Shown here one piece after another: positions 31,246 through 32,000 of a DNA stretch of 32,000 bases. The stretch is from assembly GCF_001457595.1 (NCBI RefSeq), contig NZ_LN831039.1, forward strand, positions 930,001 through 962,000. Direction: 5' to 3'. Source of the stretch: Mycolicibacterium smegmatis. GTDB taxonomy: Bacteria; Actinomycetota; Actinomycetes; Mycobacteriales; Mycobacteriaceae. The number at the start of each line of letters is the position of its first letter. Position 1 is the first letter of the stretch. The translations under genes were made by a program, and so were the position numbers. The notes below the pieces were generated by a model that did not search any database, was not told the DNA's origin, and was given only the letters and a program-made list of their open reading frames with translations.

Positions 31246-31309
31246 TCCGCGAGTGTGAAGCCTGTGCGAGAAAACCGCAGAAATCTCGCTGAGGATTCAC
31301 AATCGCGGA
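31246..31309. repeat. Second imperfect hairpin whose arm is related to the adjacent one
   Basis: Arms TCCGCGAGTGTGAAGCCTGTGCGAGA (31246-31271) / TCTCGCTGAGGATTCACAATCGCGGA (31284-31309), 22/26 pairing; left arm matches the neighbouring hairpin's left arm at 18/20. Confidence 0.85.
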
Positions 31310-31320
31310 CACGTGAAGCG

Positions 31321-31674
31321 TCAGCGCCGCCGGTGCGGGTCGGTTTCGCCGAGTTCGGCCATCTCGTCGCGGGTCAGCAGGTCGTCGCGGATGTTCTGCT
31401 CGCGGTAGGCGAGCTGGCCGACGCGGTTGGCGATCACCGGCGCGGTGATGATCGTGAACACCCCGGCGAGCACCAGCATGCCGACGTCGGCGTTGCCGCG
31501 CAGCCGGATCATCGCGCCCGCGATCACCAGCAGCAGGCCCAGCACCTGCGGCTTGGTGGCCGCGTGCATGCGCGACAAGGTGTCGGGAAAGCGGACGATG
31601 CCGATGGCCGCGGTCAGGGCCAGGGTCGAGCCACCGAGGATGAGAACTCCGGTGATGATGTCGGGGATGTTCAC
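31321..31674 (-). CDS. mnhG: Monovalent cation/H+ antiporter subunit G (MnhG/MrpG)
   Basis: VNIPDIITGVLILGGSTLALTAAIGIVRFPDTLSRMHAATKPQVLGLLLVIAGAMI, characteristic MnhG; GTG start overlaps the mnhF stop. Confidence 0.92.
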   Translation of the reverse strand: MNIPDIITGVLILGGSTLALTAAIGIVRFPDTLSRMHAATKPQVLGLLLVIAGAMIRLRGNADVGMLVLAGVFTIITAPVIANRVGQLAYREQNIRDDLLTRDEMAELGETDPHRRR

Positions 31675-31961
31675 GGTTTCCTCCGCCGCGGTGGGAGGGG
31701 CTCGTCGGTGTCGGGCACGCGGAAGCGTGCGACGCTGACCGAGCCGACGAAGCTGATCAGCGCCAGCGCGGTCATGCTGTAGGTAACGGTGGTGTCGAGG
31801 CTGAACGCGGCCCACGTGCCGATCGAGCACAACGTGACCGCCACCAGGGTGTCGAGCGCGACCAGACGGTCCAGCGTGCTCGGACCGGCCAGCAGCCGGA
31901 ACATCGTGACCGCGGCGGCCGCGGTCAGCATCACCGCGGCGATACCCCAAACCCAGTTCAC
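31671..31961 (-). CDS. mnhF: Monovalent cation/H+ antiporter subunit F (MnhF/MrpF)
   Basis: AAVTMFRLLAGPSTLDRLVALDTLVAVTLCSIGTWAAF, MnhF signature; GTG start; adjacent to mnhG. Confidence 0.92.
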   Translation of the reverse strand: MNWVWGIAAVMLTAAAAVTMFRLLAGPSTLDRLVALDTLVAVTLCSIGTWAAFSLDTTVTYSMTALALISFVGSVSVARFRVPDTDEPLPPRRRKP

Positions 31962-32000
31962 GAGGCGTCCACCTCCTTCTCCGCTGACGGCTGCCAGTCG
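31958..32000 (-). CDS. C-terminus of probable antiporter subunit E (partial)
   Basis: Minus strand ends ...DWQPSAEKEVDAS* with stop overlapping the mnhF GTG; identity inferred from the E-F-G operon order. Confidence 0.65.
   Translation of the reverse strand, partial: DWQPSAEKEVDAS

Overview
High-GC actinobacterial chromosome, almost certainly Mycobacterium/Mycolicibacterium and M. smegmatis-like. That assignment is inferred from protein families and from a gene order matching the M. tuberculosis thiD-thiC ... xthA-def-virR-sodC region. Coding density is about 95%. I found no CRISPR, tRNA, rRNA, prophage, transposase or recognisable defence/toxin system. Main content: a type III polyketide synthase/methyltransferase/FAD-reductase operon; NCS2 and APC permeases; a double-domain TetR regulator; an FAD monooxygenase; a LysR/MHS transporter/M20 hydrolase/amidase catabolic cluster; a P450; thiD and thiC with a TPP riboswitch; a DHA2 efflux pump; an MPT63-like protein with a long Pro/Ala tail; xthA, an SDR, a GNAT, def, DUF3263, a VirR-like protein, sodC, a YbdK-type ligase, a lipoprotein, a double-domain Lrp regulator, a LON-domain protein, and the end of an Mnh antiporter operon. 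I do not see a convincing new multi-gene system. The observations most worth following up are non-coding or architectural. They are a perfect 27-bp tandem duplication that includes a stop codon, a compound inverted repeat after it, two adjacent hairpins built from one related arm sequence (one followed by a T-tract), nested palindromes upstream of the MHS transporter, a putative leaderless promoter with alternating TGACC/GGTCA half-sites, and the MPT63-like fusion.
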